Shown here in pieces: positions 1 through 11,439 of a DNA stretch of 64,000 nt. The stretch covers positions 50,108,464 to 50,172,463 of the forward strand of contig NC_043011.1 in the NCBI RefSeq assembly GCF_006345805.1. The letters are read 5' to 3'. Under the pieces are notes generated by a model, which worked only from the letters and a program-made list of their open reading frames with translations, made no database searches and was not told where the DNA came from. Both the position numbers and the translations under genes were made by a program. Each line of letters starts with the position of its first letter. Position 1 is the stretch's first letter. Origin of the DNA: Octopus sinensis. Taxonomy: Eukaryota.

Positions 1-684
1 ATACATACACACACATTAACACACACGCATGCACACACGAATGTAGGCGGTATGAGTTAATCAAACAGAGAATACCATTGTTAAGGGACCATCCTGTTCC
101 TTTTTCAACGAGAGCTCATTAAGCAGTGCTTTACGTCAGCTGCTCAGGCCTTTGCAAACTGTCCGCATAAGATTTTTATGTCACTTCATATGTAACGACA
201 TTGACAGGCGAGCTAAAATAGTTTGAGATTAGCTGAGCTATGTTGAACTCTAGGTGAGATTCGTCAACGCACGCTCGTGAAAAATATTCAGAGAAAAACC
301 TGTAAATCGCTATTAAGATTTCATGACCAGAATGGCGAAATACAGTAACATCGATGTGGGTGGACGTTGCACAGAGCGCGGGGAGACTGATAGAGTCACT
401 GGACTACTCACATTATCACAAATATATATCCAGGGATTGCGCTACGGACCTGGTTGATTATAAATTAAATCCTGTTCAATCGAGGCACAAACTATTTCCA
501 ACAAGAAACATGTGGACAGAATTGTCACGGCAACACTCACAATACTATACAAGTTTGTAACAAGAGAGTAACGCCTCTTACATTATTTCTTATGAACATA
601 AAATGAATACGGGTGTAGTTTAAGGGAAGTACAGTTACTGTTGGAGTTTTCCTCGAAACCAACAGAAGATTTAGAATGCATAAC

Positions 685-724
<40 letters not shown>

Positions 725-726
<2 letters not shown>

Positions 727-1031
727 TAAACAGTAAAAATAATTACAGACATGGACAAGAACATGAAACACCCACAGACGACACAAAACCACAGGACGGG
801 ACATTCGAAGCCCTCAGTCATCAGTCAAGAACCAGATCATCTTAACAATTTCGGCTGATTAATCTTGAGATTGCTCCGATTTGGGCAGCCCGCCAAGGGA
901 AATCTAAGCCAAGCGCATTAGATCCCCTGGAAGAAAGCTTCGAATGTATACAACACGAGGACGGAAAACGAACGAAGTACACGAACAAGAATACAGAATA
1001 CGTGACACCAATAAGAATACAAAAACGTAAA

Positions 1032-1038
<7 letters not shown>
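725..1038. repeat. (TA)n-flanked dispersed repeat, possibly a Penelope-type terminal-repeat relic
   Basis: Non-microsatellite block bounded by (TA)n on both sides. Internal inverted ACATTCGAAG/CTTCGAATGT. CTGATGA on the minus strand but no complete ribozyme fold. Confidence 0.3.
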
Positions 1039-1063
<25 letters not shown>

Positions 1064-1306
1064 ATTAATTAAGGGTAGAAATTGATATTTATCAATTAAA
1101 ACCAGTGGTCTAGTATATTAAAAAAGAATCTGAAGATTAAAATATTTATATATACCAATTAAGAACTGAACACGAAAAGTGGACAGTCAACATGCTAGAT
1201 ATAGACGTCAAATCGCCATTCGCCACAAAAGATTATGTTCTCAAATCAAACTCAGCTCAAAACCAAAGTAATAAACAAGTGAAAATATACGAAATAAAAT
1301 AATTAC

Positions 1307-1370
1307 CCATGTACTGATCAGTTTCGGCTATTATTATCCGCAAGGATAACTGTAGCATTCATCAGCATGG
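1307..1370 (-). ncRNA. Type I hammerhead ribozyme, copy 1
   Basis: Minus strand reads CCAUG-CUGAUGA-AU GCUA..UUAUCC UUGC GGAUAA..UAGC C-GAAA-CUGAUCAG-UA-CAUGG: 5-bp helix I, intact core, palindromic helix III, GUA site. The base of helix II is non-canonical. Confidence 0.8.
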
Positions 1371-1811
1371 CCCGTTATAAATGCAATTTGCTGGACTAGA
1401 TGCAAAAACGATACCGGAGTATCGCGTGCATGGAGTTCAACCTATTACATTCGAATGTATCTTTCAAATGACATTACTTTGGCGCGTTGAGACCCGAAAA
1501 AACCAGCCTGTAGCTAATAATTAGCAGCAGTCAATTGATCGGTTAGAGAACATATTTATTTATATAAAATTAATTAAGGGTAGAAATTGATATTTATCAA
1601 TTAAAACCAGTGGTCTAGCATATTAAAAAAGAATCCGAAGATTAAAATATTTATATATACCAATTAAGAACTGAACACGAAAAGTGGACAGTCAACATGC
1701 TAGATATAGACGTCAAATCGCCATTCTCCACAAAAGATTATGTTCTCAAATCAAACTCAGCACAAAACCAAAGCAATAAACAAGTGAAAATATACGAAAT
1801 AAAATAATTAC

Positions 1812-1875
1812 CCATGTACTGATCAGTTTCGGCTATTATTATCCGCAAGGATAACTGTAGCATTCATCAGCATGG
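1812..1875 (-). ncRNA. Type I hammerhead ribozyme, copy 2
   Basis: Identical to 1307-1370 and exactly 505 bp away in the same orientation. Confidence 0.8.
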
Positions 1876-2100
1876 CCCGTTATAAATGCAATTTGCTGGA
1901 CTAGATGCAAAAACGATACCGGAGTATCGCGTGTATGGAGTTCAACCTATTACATTCGAATGTATCTTTCAAATGCCTTTACTTAATTAATTGTATATAA
2001 ATAAATATGTTCTCTAACCGATAAATTGACTGCTGCTAATTATTAGCTGCAGGCTGGTTTTTTCGGGTCTCAACGCGCCAAAGTAATGGCATTTGAATAT

Positions 2101-2496
2101 ACCGCCAACTTTCCCCAAACGACCTGAACATTAGCTTCAAGGTTCATCCAAGACTGGGACCACCGGCCATACGTCCCCTGCCCAATTCAAGATCACAGCA
2201 TACATGCACACTGCAACATAATTTCTTTTCCTCAACAGGCCCTGCCCTATTTAACATTGTCCCGAAAGACATCAAAGAGGAAAAGGATCCCATCAACTTT
2301 AAACGGAGTCTGGATAGATTCCTTCAAAGAATACCAGATAAGCCACCCATAATTGGATACAACTCACCCAACAAAAACTCACGACTTGAATGGACCATAA
2401 ACAAAACTTGACTTAAAGAGGATTCAGATAATCTTATCAGGTGGTGCTATTAAGTTAGACATGGCCTGGACCAATCTTTATTCGAAACATATCTAA
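2101..2496 (+). mobile_element. 3' fragment of a CR1/L2-group LINE
   Basis: Met-less frame reads ...STGPALFNIVPKDIKEEKDPINFKRSLDRFLQRIPDKP...*, homologous to the C-terminus of the RT ORF at 36121 (GPQLFNILPKSLK...FLSRVPDEP). Short TCTAAG repeat tail. Confidence 0.75.
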
Positions 2497-2507
2497 GTTT
2501 ATCTAAG

Positions 2508-2538
<31 letters not shown>

Positions 2539-2737
2539 GGGCCCAGGTCGACCGGGACGAGAATCTATTGATTCTTTTCCTTGGCTTTTGAATTGTACTA
2601 AAATTCTATTAACAATAGCAAGAGGAAGTTGAAGATTTTCGGCAATTTTTCGCTGGCTAAGACCAGTCTTAGATTGGCCCAACAATACGACCTCTTTGAA
2701 AATCTGACGGTTCTGCTGAATTTTTTGTGCGTGGCAT
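2539..2737 (-). pseudogene. Tc1-like transposase N-terminal helix-turn-helix relic
   Basis: ATG at 2737 gives MPRTKNSAEPSDFQRGRIV, then a frameshift, then GQSKTGLSQRKIAENLQLPLAIVNRIL..SRPGRP. This is a paired-like HTH with GRP; truncated at (TA)n. Confidence 0.75.
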
Positions 2738-3370
2738 GGTTACTCTTCGCCAATGTTTAATATAATGGCACCTGGAATGAAAAAGAATAATTACATTGTA
2801 AATTCTACACCGCTGAAAACATATTAAGACGCTTAGATCAGAAATTTTGAAAATTAAAGGTGTCTATTTTCTTCCTGCATGTCTGTGTATATATCATTAT
2901 AACGTATACAATTTAATATGTAATGAGAAAAGGGAAATAATTTCAGTATAAAATTCATAAGGCTCTGTTATTTACTAGTAATATGTCACATTGCATATTC
3001 CATTTTTCATTTAAACTAGGCAAATGGTTTTGAAAACTTCAGCATCCAATGTATTATATTGTATTATAATACAATATATTTGAGTGTATGTCTATGTGTG
3101 TGTTTGTGTGTGCGTGCATGTGCGTGTGTGTATGTGTATGTGTATGTGTTTGTGTCTTTATTTTCAGTACATATCACCTACTGTAGAGAGAATTACGACT
3201 TGAGCATATATTAGAATAAGCATTATGTTCTGCAGCTAAACAGGAATTAGGATATAATAGGGAGAGGAGAATAGGTAAATAAACATATAGACAGACAGAC
3301 AGACAGTCAGGCAGACAGACAAACAGACTGACTGATTGACTGACTGACTGTTATACAGATAGCTAGACGG

Positions 3371-3375
<5 letters not shown>

Positions 3376-3431
<56 letters not shown>

Positions 3432-3458
3432 GATATAGATAATGATAGATAGATAGAT

Positions 3459-3489
<31 letters not shown>

Positions 3490-3513
3490 GATAATAGACA
3501 GATAGATAGATAT
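3376..3513. repeat. (GATA)n microsatellite
   Basis: Direct reading; left flank of the Tx1 element. Confidence 0.95.
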
Positions 3514-3584
3514 GTTTCTTTATTAGCCACACAGGGCTGCACACAGATAGAACAAATTACAAGGTAGAGCTTTTCTTTTGAAGG

Positions 3585-3619
<35 letters not shown>

Positions 3620-3679
3620 AAGGGGAGGTTCGATCAAAAGGGATCGTAAAAGAGAGAAGAGGACAAAAATAAGGGGGTT

Positions 3680-3710
<31 letters not shown>

Positions 3711-5273
3711 AGAGGAAAAAAAAATGATCAATAGGGATCGTTATCACAGAAATGTCATATGAAGTGTAAAGGGGAGGACAGGTGAGGTTTACCCGTGGAA
3801 AGAAAAGCCTGCGGAAAAGACCACGGTAACCTCGGTCAATGAAGTCACATTTATATTTCTTTTTTTTTTTTTTTTTTTTTTTTGCAAATAAGCAACTCTC
3901 TGTTTTCGATTTCTGGGTTCATAGGACTATGCTCAAGGTGGCTTCGTCATTCATACGTGCCATCTTGCTACATTCACCCATCTTTTTTTAAAACATTCGC
4001 TAGACAAAACTTGCCTCTCTACTCTCACTTTCCTTTTCAAGTGGTACTTGAAGAAGTTGATGAGAGATTGACCAGAGAGGAAAGTGTTTGTCTCCAATCC
4101 TTTCAGACGCGTCCACCAGATACATTCTTTCGCCATAGCCACAAGGATGATGAAAATAGCTCTTCCTTCCCGTTTGAAGGAAGGAGGCGTGACAATATTG
4201 ACGATAGACTCAGCTGATAACCGACTCGTCCCACACGTGACAGCAGTTGTTCGACATAAGCCCACAGGTCGGAAATTGTTGGACACTGAATGAGTGCGTG
4301 CAGAACGGTTTCGTCGCTCTGACCGCATCTCGGGCAGGTCGGCCCCGTGTTTCTCGAGCCGTGTCTGTAGAGCTTATCCCGAACGGGTAGCGCTTCTCGG
4401 TAGCACTGCCAGGCCAGGGATCTCTGGAAGTTGTCCATGGGCCCTGGCCCGAAAGTCGTCCCGAACAGGCGGGTCAGGTACTCCTCGTCGACGTCCAGGT
4501 TCGCCCCGAGCTCGTCGTCGTACCTCCCCTCCACTAAACCCCTATAGAATGCTTTGGTTGTGTTGAAGTCACTTAAGGTCGACCCAGGACGGCAGAGTTG
4601 CTTGAGAGCAACGCGACACTCGCGGTGCCATTCGTCCTTCCTCGGCCTCTTTTTGATCCACGACTGCAGTTCGGTCATGGAGACGAGCTGCGGGAAAGCG
4701 TGCCTCACAAACGGCGACCACACCTGTTCACCGTCGTCTACATAGAGCCAGAGATGTCGCAGTCTCAGCGCGTGTCTGCGCATCATCACCACGGCATGCC
4801 CAGCCCTCCTTTTAACGGGTGTTGACAGCAAATGGATCGCCTGACCATCGGACGCATCCTTTCCACAAGAAGCGAAAGAGGATGCGTTGTAGTTTGGTGA
4901 TGGTAGGGTCGGGACAAGGTACGACGGTCAGGCGGTAGTAGATGACGGACGCGATGTACGTGTTCGCCACCTCCGCTCGACCTTTTAGGGACAGTTTCCT
5001 CTCGGCCCATTGCCGGGCGAGAGTGACCACCCTACTCGTATCTCGTTCCAGTTCTTCTCCACTTGGAGGTCCGACCAAACCAGACCCCGGGCAACTCAAC
5101 CGGGCCGTCGGTCCAGCGTCCCACGACGGAGGCGCGGTGGACGGCATGGGCTTGCTTCTCCAGGTGCCTAGTCGCAAGCCCCGACTAGGCACCTGGAGAA
5201 GCAAGCCCATGCCGTCCACCAGCGCCTCCGTCGTGGGACGCTGGACCGACGGCCCGGTTGAGTTGCTCGGGGT
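3514..5273 (-). mobile_element. 5'-truncated L1/Tx1-clade LINE (ORF2 C-terminal part, frameshifted)
   Basis: ORFs 4812-5219, 4103-4831 and 3951-4328 give W..RKLSLKGRAEVANTYIASVIYY..LFRFLWKG and the zinc knuckle CPRCGQSDETVLHALIQC. The 3' UTR ends AATAAAGAAAC directly into (TATC)n. Confidence 0.85.
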
Positions 5274-5293
5274 AGATAGATAGATAGAGATAG

Positions 5294-5327
<34 letters not shown>

Positions 5328-5337
5328 ATAGACAGAG

Positions 5338-5394
<57 letters not shown>

Positions 5395-5398
5395 TATA

Positions 5399-5430
<32 letters not shown>
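5274..5430. repeat. (GATA)n/(GA)n microsatellite
   Basis: Direct reading; right flank of the Tx1 element. Confidence 0.95.
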
Positions 5431-5431
<1 letters not shown>

Positions 5432-5545
5432 AGTGTGATCAAATAACACTGATGCTAAGCTATAGTGAATCTGGTAGGTGAAAGTAATTTGGTTTGCAGC
5501 AATTATAATACACATACACACACGCATGTACACACACACACGCAT

Positions 5546-5585
<40 letters not shown>

Positions 5586-5744
5586 TCGCACAAGTACACC
5601 CGCACACATACACACACAAACAGTATCTCCTGATTTACAATATTTACATTCGTACGTACTAGAATATATTACAAGTTTCAATTATTGCAAATAACATTAT
5701 TGAAAATACCGTGTTACTATTATCATTGCCGTTGTTGTCCTTTT

Positions 5745-6214
5745 CCTTCTTCTTCTTCTTCTTCTTCTTGTTCTTCTTCTTCCCCTCCTTCTTCTTCTTC
5801 TTCTTCCCCTCCTTCTTCTTCTTCTTCTTCTCGTTCGTCTTGTTCTTCTTGTTCTTCTCCTTTTTCTTCTTCTTCTTCTTCTTCTTCTTCTTCTACTTCT
5901 CCTCCACCTCCTCTTCCTCCTCCTCATCCTCCTTCTTCTTCTTCTTCTATTCCTTCTTCTTCTATTTTTTCCTCTTCTCCTTCTCCTTCTTCTCCTTCTT
6001 CTATTTCTCCCTTTTCTTCTTCCTCCTCTACTTCTTTTCTCCCTTTTCTTCGTTTTTTTTCTTTTTCTTCTTCTTCTACTCCTTCCTCCCTTCTTATTAT
6101 TATCATTATTATTATAATTTTTGTTGTTGTTGTTATTGTTATCATGGTTATTATCATTACTATTACTATTATTATTGTTATTATTATTACTATTATTATT
6201 ATTATTATTATTAT

Positions 6215-6265
<51 letters not shown>

Positions 6266-6266
6266 C

Positions 6267-6306
<40 letters not shown>

Positions 6307-6395
6307 TCGTTATTACTATTGCCGTTGTTGTTCTTCATCATCTTATTCTTATTCTTATTCTTATTATTATTGTTGTTGTTGTTGTTGTTGTTCTT
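5745..6395. repeat. Compound trinucleotide repeat (TTC/TCC, TAT, TAG, TTG)
   Basis: Direct reading. Confidence 0.95.
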
Positions 6396-6859
6396 GTTTT
6401 TGTTTGTTTGATTTTCTGGATTTTTATACTTCGTTATCTCCGTGTAATTGTTTCCCATGCCACTTTTGTTGTTTCTGATTGCTGTTATTTGTTTGCGCCT
6501 ATGTGTACCTGTGACGGGTTGTACCCTTGCGCGTATGCGCTCATATTTGTACACTTATGTTCTAATGTGTGTCTATGTGAGCACCAACCTGTATGCGCGC
6601 ACCTGAAAAATGTGCATTTTTATATACGTATGTAAGTATGTGCGTTTATGCTTGTCCACGTGCGTATGTGAAAATGTGAACGCATGTGAGTATGTAAATA
6701 TGTGTATATGTGTGTTCATGTTTTTACATGTGTGTGTGTGTGCATGTCTATGTGTGAGTGTATGTGATAATGTGTATGTATTTGTGTGTGCCTGTATGTC
6801 TATATAGGTATTTATGTTTATAGATATGCGTACGCGAGCGTGTACATACGTAATTATGT

Positions 6860-7350
6860 GTATGTATGCATGTGAGTACATTATGTGCATGTATGCATGT
6901 GTATATGTATACATGAGTAAGTGTGTAACTGTGTACTTATGTGTATATGTTGTATGTGTATGCGTGTATATACGAGTGTGTATGTGTGTATGACGTTGGG
7001 GATATTTTGTGTATGTATGCATGTGAGTACATTATGCGCATGTATATGTGTGTATATGTATACATGAGTAAGTGTGCAACTGTGTGCTTATGTGTATATG
7101 TTGTATGTGTATGTGTGTATATATGAGTGGTTATGTGTGTATGTATTTATATGAGTCTGATGACGTTGTGAGATGTTTTGTGTATGTATGCATGAGTACA
7201 TTATGCGCATGTATATGTGTGTATATGTATACATGGGTAAGTGTGCAACTGTGTGCTTATGTGTATATACTGTATGTGTATGTGTGTATATATGTGTGTG
7301 TATGTGTGTATGTATTTATATGAGTCTGATGACGTTGAGGGATATTTTGT
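6860..7350. repeat. Roughly three tandem copies of a 150-170 bp TG/TA-derived unit
   Basis: GAGTACATTATG and GTAAGTGTG recur at about 152 and 168 bp spacing. Confidence 0.7.
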
Positions 7351-7534
7351 TTCCCTACGCCACAGAAAGGACGTGTAAATTCTTTTCCTTCATTAAATTC
7401 CTGTAAATTATAAAACTCATTCCCATCACAACTTGAACCATTTCTGCCTGTCTGTCAGTCTCTCTTTCTCTGTCTCTCTCTCCCTCTCCCCCTCTCTCTC
7501 TCTCTCTTTACTTATCTCCCTCCATATATATATC

Positions 7535-7579
<45 letters not shown>

Positions 7580-7861
7580 ACGTATATATGAATTTGTTTA
7601 CTGTCCTCAAAGAGAATGAAAAAGGTAGAGAGAAGAGAGAAGAGGGAGAGAGAGAGAGAGAGAGAGGAAGAGGAGAGTTACAAGGAGGTTTGGCTTCTCA
7701 TATGGAGATGTATATATTCTTATGTAGGAACACTCACAGAAATAAGTACGTTGTATTTATATTTATTTATATATGGCGTATATATATATATAATATATAT
7801 ATGTATGTACACACACACATATATATATGTATATATATATACGCACTTACGTTGTATGTAG

Positions 7862-7913
<52 letters not shown>

Positions 7914-8531
7914 TTTATATTATATATGTGTTGTATGCGGATCTATATATACTTTAGATATTTATATGTTTGTATATGTGTGTGTATGTATGCATGTATG
8001 TATATATATCCGTCTGTGTGTACATATGTATATAGTAGATGTCACACTATTTCGTGGTTTCTTACCTTCATAGCATTTTTTTAAATCGCACCCCACCTTA
8101 CAGCCCCTTCTCTTACACATCACCTCTTTTTTTCTCTCCACTCCCTCTTATTAACTTAATTTTTTTTTCGCATACAATCATTCTGTTCTACTTCCCTGTC
8201 TCCCTGTCTCCCTCTCTCTCTCTCTCTTCTTCTGTCTTCCCAGTATCCATCTGTATTCATTTATTTTCAAATTGATTGAAAAAAAATCTCCATTTATTTT
8301 TGTGAAAGCACACATTTTTTACCATCTCTTCCCATCTATATATATATATATATTTTTTTTTTTTATGTACGCTTTTATTCTCTAAATCACTATAATTGTG
8401 ACTATTATTTGTATATTTGTGCTTACAAACATTACTATTACTGAAATACATTTACGTGGACACGGAAAAAAGAAAACTGTTGCAAAATCGTGTAAGGGAT
8501 TTGAACACTGCTTATAATAATGTGCCGTGAG

Positions 8532-8845
8532 GGCGCGTGGCTTAGTGGTTAGGGCATTCGGCTCATGATCGTAAGGTTGTGAGTTCGATTCCCGGCGACG
8601 CGTTGTGTCCTTGAGCAAGACACTTTATTTCACGTTGCTCCAGTCCACTCAGCTGGCAAAAATGAGTTGTACTTGTATTTCAAAGGGTCAGCCTTGTCAC
8701 TCTCTTGTCACGCTGATTATCCCGAAACTACGTTAAGGGTACACGTGTCTGTGGAATGCTCACCATTTGCACGTTAATTTCACGAGCAAGCTGTTCCGTT
8801 GATCGTATCAGCTGGGACCCTCGTCGTCGTAACCGGCGGAGTCTT
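8532..8845 (+). mobile_element. tRNA-derived SINE (B-related head, different body)
   Basis: GGCGCGTGGCTTAGTGGTTAGG box A, GAGTTCGATTCCC box B, TGTGTCCTTGAGCAAGACAC body. Its 3' part matches 23817-23990. Confidence 0.8.
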
Positions 8846-9082
8846 TAAAAATAATAATGTGCCAGTGCTAACTATTAAACCAACTTGGTATTGCAAAGTT
8901 GAGCGGACAAATTAGATGTCTTTATTTAGGAAGCTAATTTTAAAGCATACCCAGAGCCTTTTCACGAGAAACAAAAGAAGAAGAAATATCACATCGGCGC
9001 AGGTGTGGCTGTATAATAAGAAGCTTGTTTCCAACCACAAGGTTTTGGGTTCAATCCCAGTCTGTGGCACGTTTTCTTTTCT

Positions 9083-9475
9083 TTACTTACTTGTTTCAGT
9101 TATTTGACAGCGGCTATGCTGGAGCACCGCCTTTAGTCGAGGAAATTGACCTCATGACTTATTCTTTGTAAGCCTAGTACTTATTCTATCAGTTTTTGCC
9201 GAACCCCTAAGTTACGGGGACGTAAACACACCAGCATCAGTTGTCAGGCAATGTTGGGGGGACAAACACAAACACACAAACATATACACATATATACATA
9301 TATACATATATACGTCGGGCTTATTTCAGTTCCCGTCTATCGAATCCACTGACAAGGCTTTGGCCGGCCCGAGGCTATAGTAGAAGACACTTGCCCAAGT
9401 TGCCACGGAATGGGACTGAACCCGGAAGCATGTGGTTGGTAAGCAAGCTACTTACCACACAGCCACTCCTGCGCC
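9083..9475 (-). mobile_element. SINE family A
   Basis: Head GCAGGAGTGGCTGTGTGGTAAG..GGTTCAGTCCC, internal microsatellite, tail GGCGGTGCTCCAGCAT..TGAAACAAGTAA. At least 10 copies in the window. Confidence 0.85.
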
Positions 9476-9479
9476 TATA

Positions 9480-9815
9480 TTGGGCAAGTGTCTTCTACTT
9501 TAGTCCCAGACAAACAAAAACTTTGTGAGTGGATTTGGTAGACGGAAACTGAAAGAAGCCCGCCTCACATATACATATATATATATATTTATATGCGTGT
9601 GCATTTGCGTCTATGTTTGTCATCCATCACCGCTTGGCAACTGGTCCTCGTGTGTCTACGTCCCTATAACTTAGCGGTTCGGCAAGAGAAACCGATAGAA
9701 TAAGTACCAGGCTTATAAAATAAAATAAGTACTGGGGTCGATACATTCGACTAAAAATTCTTCAAGGTGGTGCTCCAGTATGGCCGCAGTCGAATGTTTA
9801 AACAAGTAAAATAAC
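9480..9815 (+). mobile_element. SINE family A, headless copy
   Basis: Body and tail match family A in the opposite orientation. Confidence 0.75.
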
Positions 9816-9856
9816 AAAGGATAATTCATGTATGTATAGACACACATATTGGTATC

Positions 9857-10063
9857 AGGACAATTACACTCCCCAACGAGGACAATTACTCCTATAGGAC
9901 AATTTCCCCACCCCCGACGACAACTACCCCCGTAGGACAATTACCCCACTTGGTTAATTACCCCTTCTCTAATATATTAAGAAGTGTTAAATTATCTGTT
10001 GCCCTCAGGAGTAATTGATCTTGGTGGGTTATTGTCCATGGTGGGGGGAGCGGTAAATGTCCT
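9857..10063. mobile_element. MITE-like element with subterminal repeats
   Basis: Five GGACAATT/GACAACT-type motifs on the left. Inverted variants on the right (GTAATTGATC, GTTATTGTCC, GTAAATGTCCT). Confidence 0.5.
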
Positions 10064-10095
10064 AGACTCACGCAAACACACTCACACTCACACAC

Positions 10096-10138
<43 letters not shown>

Positions 10139-10298
10139 TATATAGTAATGATAATAATTTTACCAATTATATACGCTTTATTTATTTTGTATATTACTTA
10201 ATCATTGGTATATGTTTTTATCTATACGGTAGAATATTTTCTATATGGCATAATTTAAATTTTCATTGTTGATTTGATAAAAGGTGTTTTTTTTTCTA

Positions 10299-10353
<55 letters not shown>

Positions 10354-10364
10354 GATTTCAAATT

Positions 10365-10472
10365 GAGGCATTTTATCGACCCCAGAGAATGAAAAGCAAA
10401 CTCGAGCTCAGAGGATATTTGAACTCAGAACGTAAAGGCAGACAAAATGTTACTAAGCATTTTGCCCAGCTC
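10365..10472 (-). mobile_element. SINE family C fragment
   Basis: ATCGACCCC..GAATGAAA..TTTGAACTCAGAACGTAA matches the copy at 19521. Confidence 0.7.
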
Positions 10473-10494
10473 GGCGTTTTATACACAAATCTAT

Positions 10495-10583
<89 letters not shown>

Positions 10584-10731
10584 GAGAGAGAGAGAGAGAG
10601 AGAGTTTTAAAACCTCAATGAGAGCTAGAGTAGTAATGTATACTAAACAACAAAGCGAGTAGCCACATCAAAGTGTCAGTTGAATGTTACTACTTGTTTA
10701 ACCACAGGCGGATTCTCCGCTTCCTAATTAA

Positions 10732-10984
10732 CGGTGTAACCCTCTACACCCTTTATTAACAATACATCGCAAGCACGAGGAGCGAACACCTACTACCCTC
10801 CAGCTGCTAATAGTTTCGAGCTACAATATACCGCTGGGCAGAAGTAGATCTTAGTTATCACTCCGCTGCGCAGGTGCGCGCCACTGGGCCAGTCTCGTGA
10901 CCCTGTTAGCTGCTGGAGTGTAGTAGTGGTTCTCTTCCCTTACTAGCGATGTATTGTATATAAAGGGCATAGACAGCTACACCG
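10732..10984. repeat. Imperfect rod-like fold-back
   Basis: Nested inverted pairs CGGTGTA/TACACCG, AATACATCGC/GCGATGTATT and CTACTACCCTCCAGCTGCTAA/TTAGCTGCTGGAGTGTAGTAG. Confidence 0.65.
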
Positions 10985-11439
10985 AAAACCAGCTGGCGGA
11001 GTATCTGCCTGGGATTAAACTAGTAACTTTTTTTTTCAACAATTTTTTTGTTTTATGGCGACCATCGCGTATACATAAGTACAATTATTCATCGTCTGCT
11101 CACATTCAAAAAATGATATTTGTTTATAAGGGTTAATTTAGCCTAAACTCTGGATTCACAAGAAACACGGTCGCAAGCTTCCCGAGAACGGATGCGCAGA
11201 TATAGACCACGGATCAGAGAGGGACAGCGAGAAAGTATTAAAAAAAAAAAAGAGGAAAAAAGACAACACCGATGGAGACATGGAGAATTGAATGTCGACC
11301 AACGTCAAAAATATTTAAAGAAACCTAAACTATGAATGCTATAAAAATGTAAATCATCCTTTCTTTCTTAAATAGCTCCTCTTAACTTTTCCTTCACGTG
11401 GAATTTCCACGGGTTCTACTAGTATATGTTAGTGAATGT

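Larger units (their letters stand above)
1063..2097 (-). mobile_element. Penelope-like pLTR / retrozyme-like element: 505-bp direct repeat (about 1.8 copies) plus an inverted terminal segment
   Basis: 1063-1567 repeats at 1568-1984 with about 8 substitutions. 1983-2097 is the reverse complement of about 1463-1577. Each unit carries a hammerhead. Abuts (TA)n at 1040-1062. Confidence 0.8.

Noticed and set aside
354-560. 68-aa ORF or possible exon
   Set aside because: No recognisable motif or splice context.
5685-6635. Long ORFs (316, 285 and 168 aa) and the many YIYI/VCVC/HTHT/LSLS ORFs across the window
   Set aside because: They are translations of stop-poor microsatellites with no domain content.
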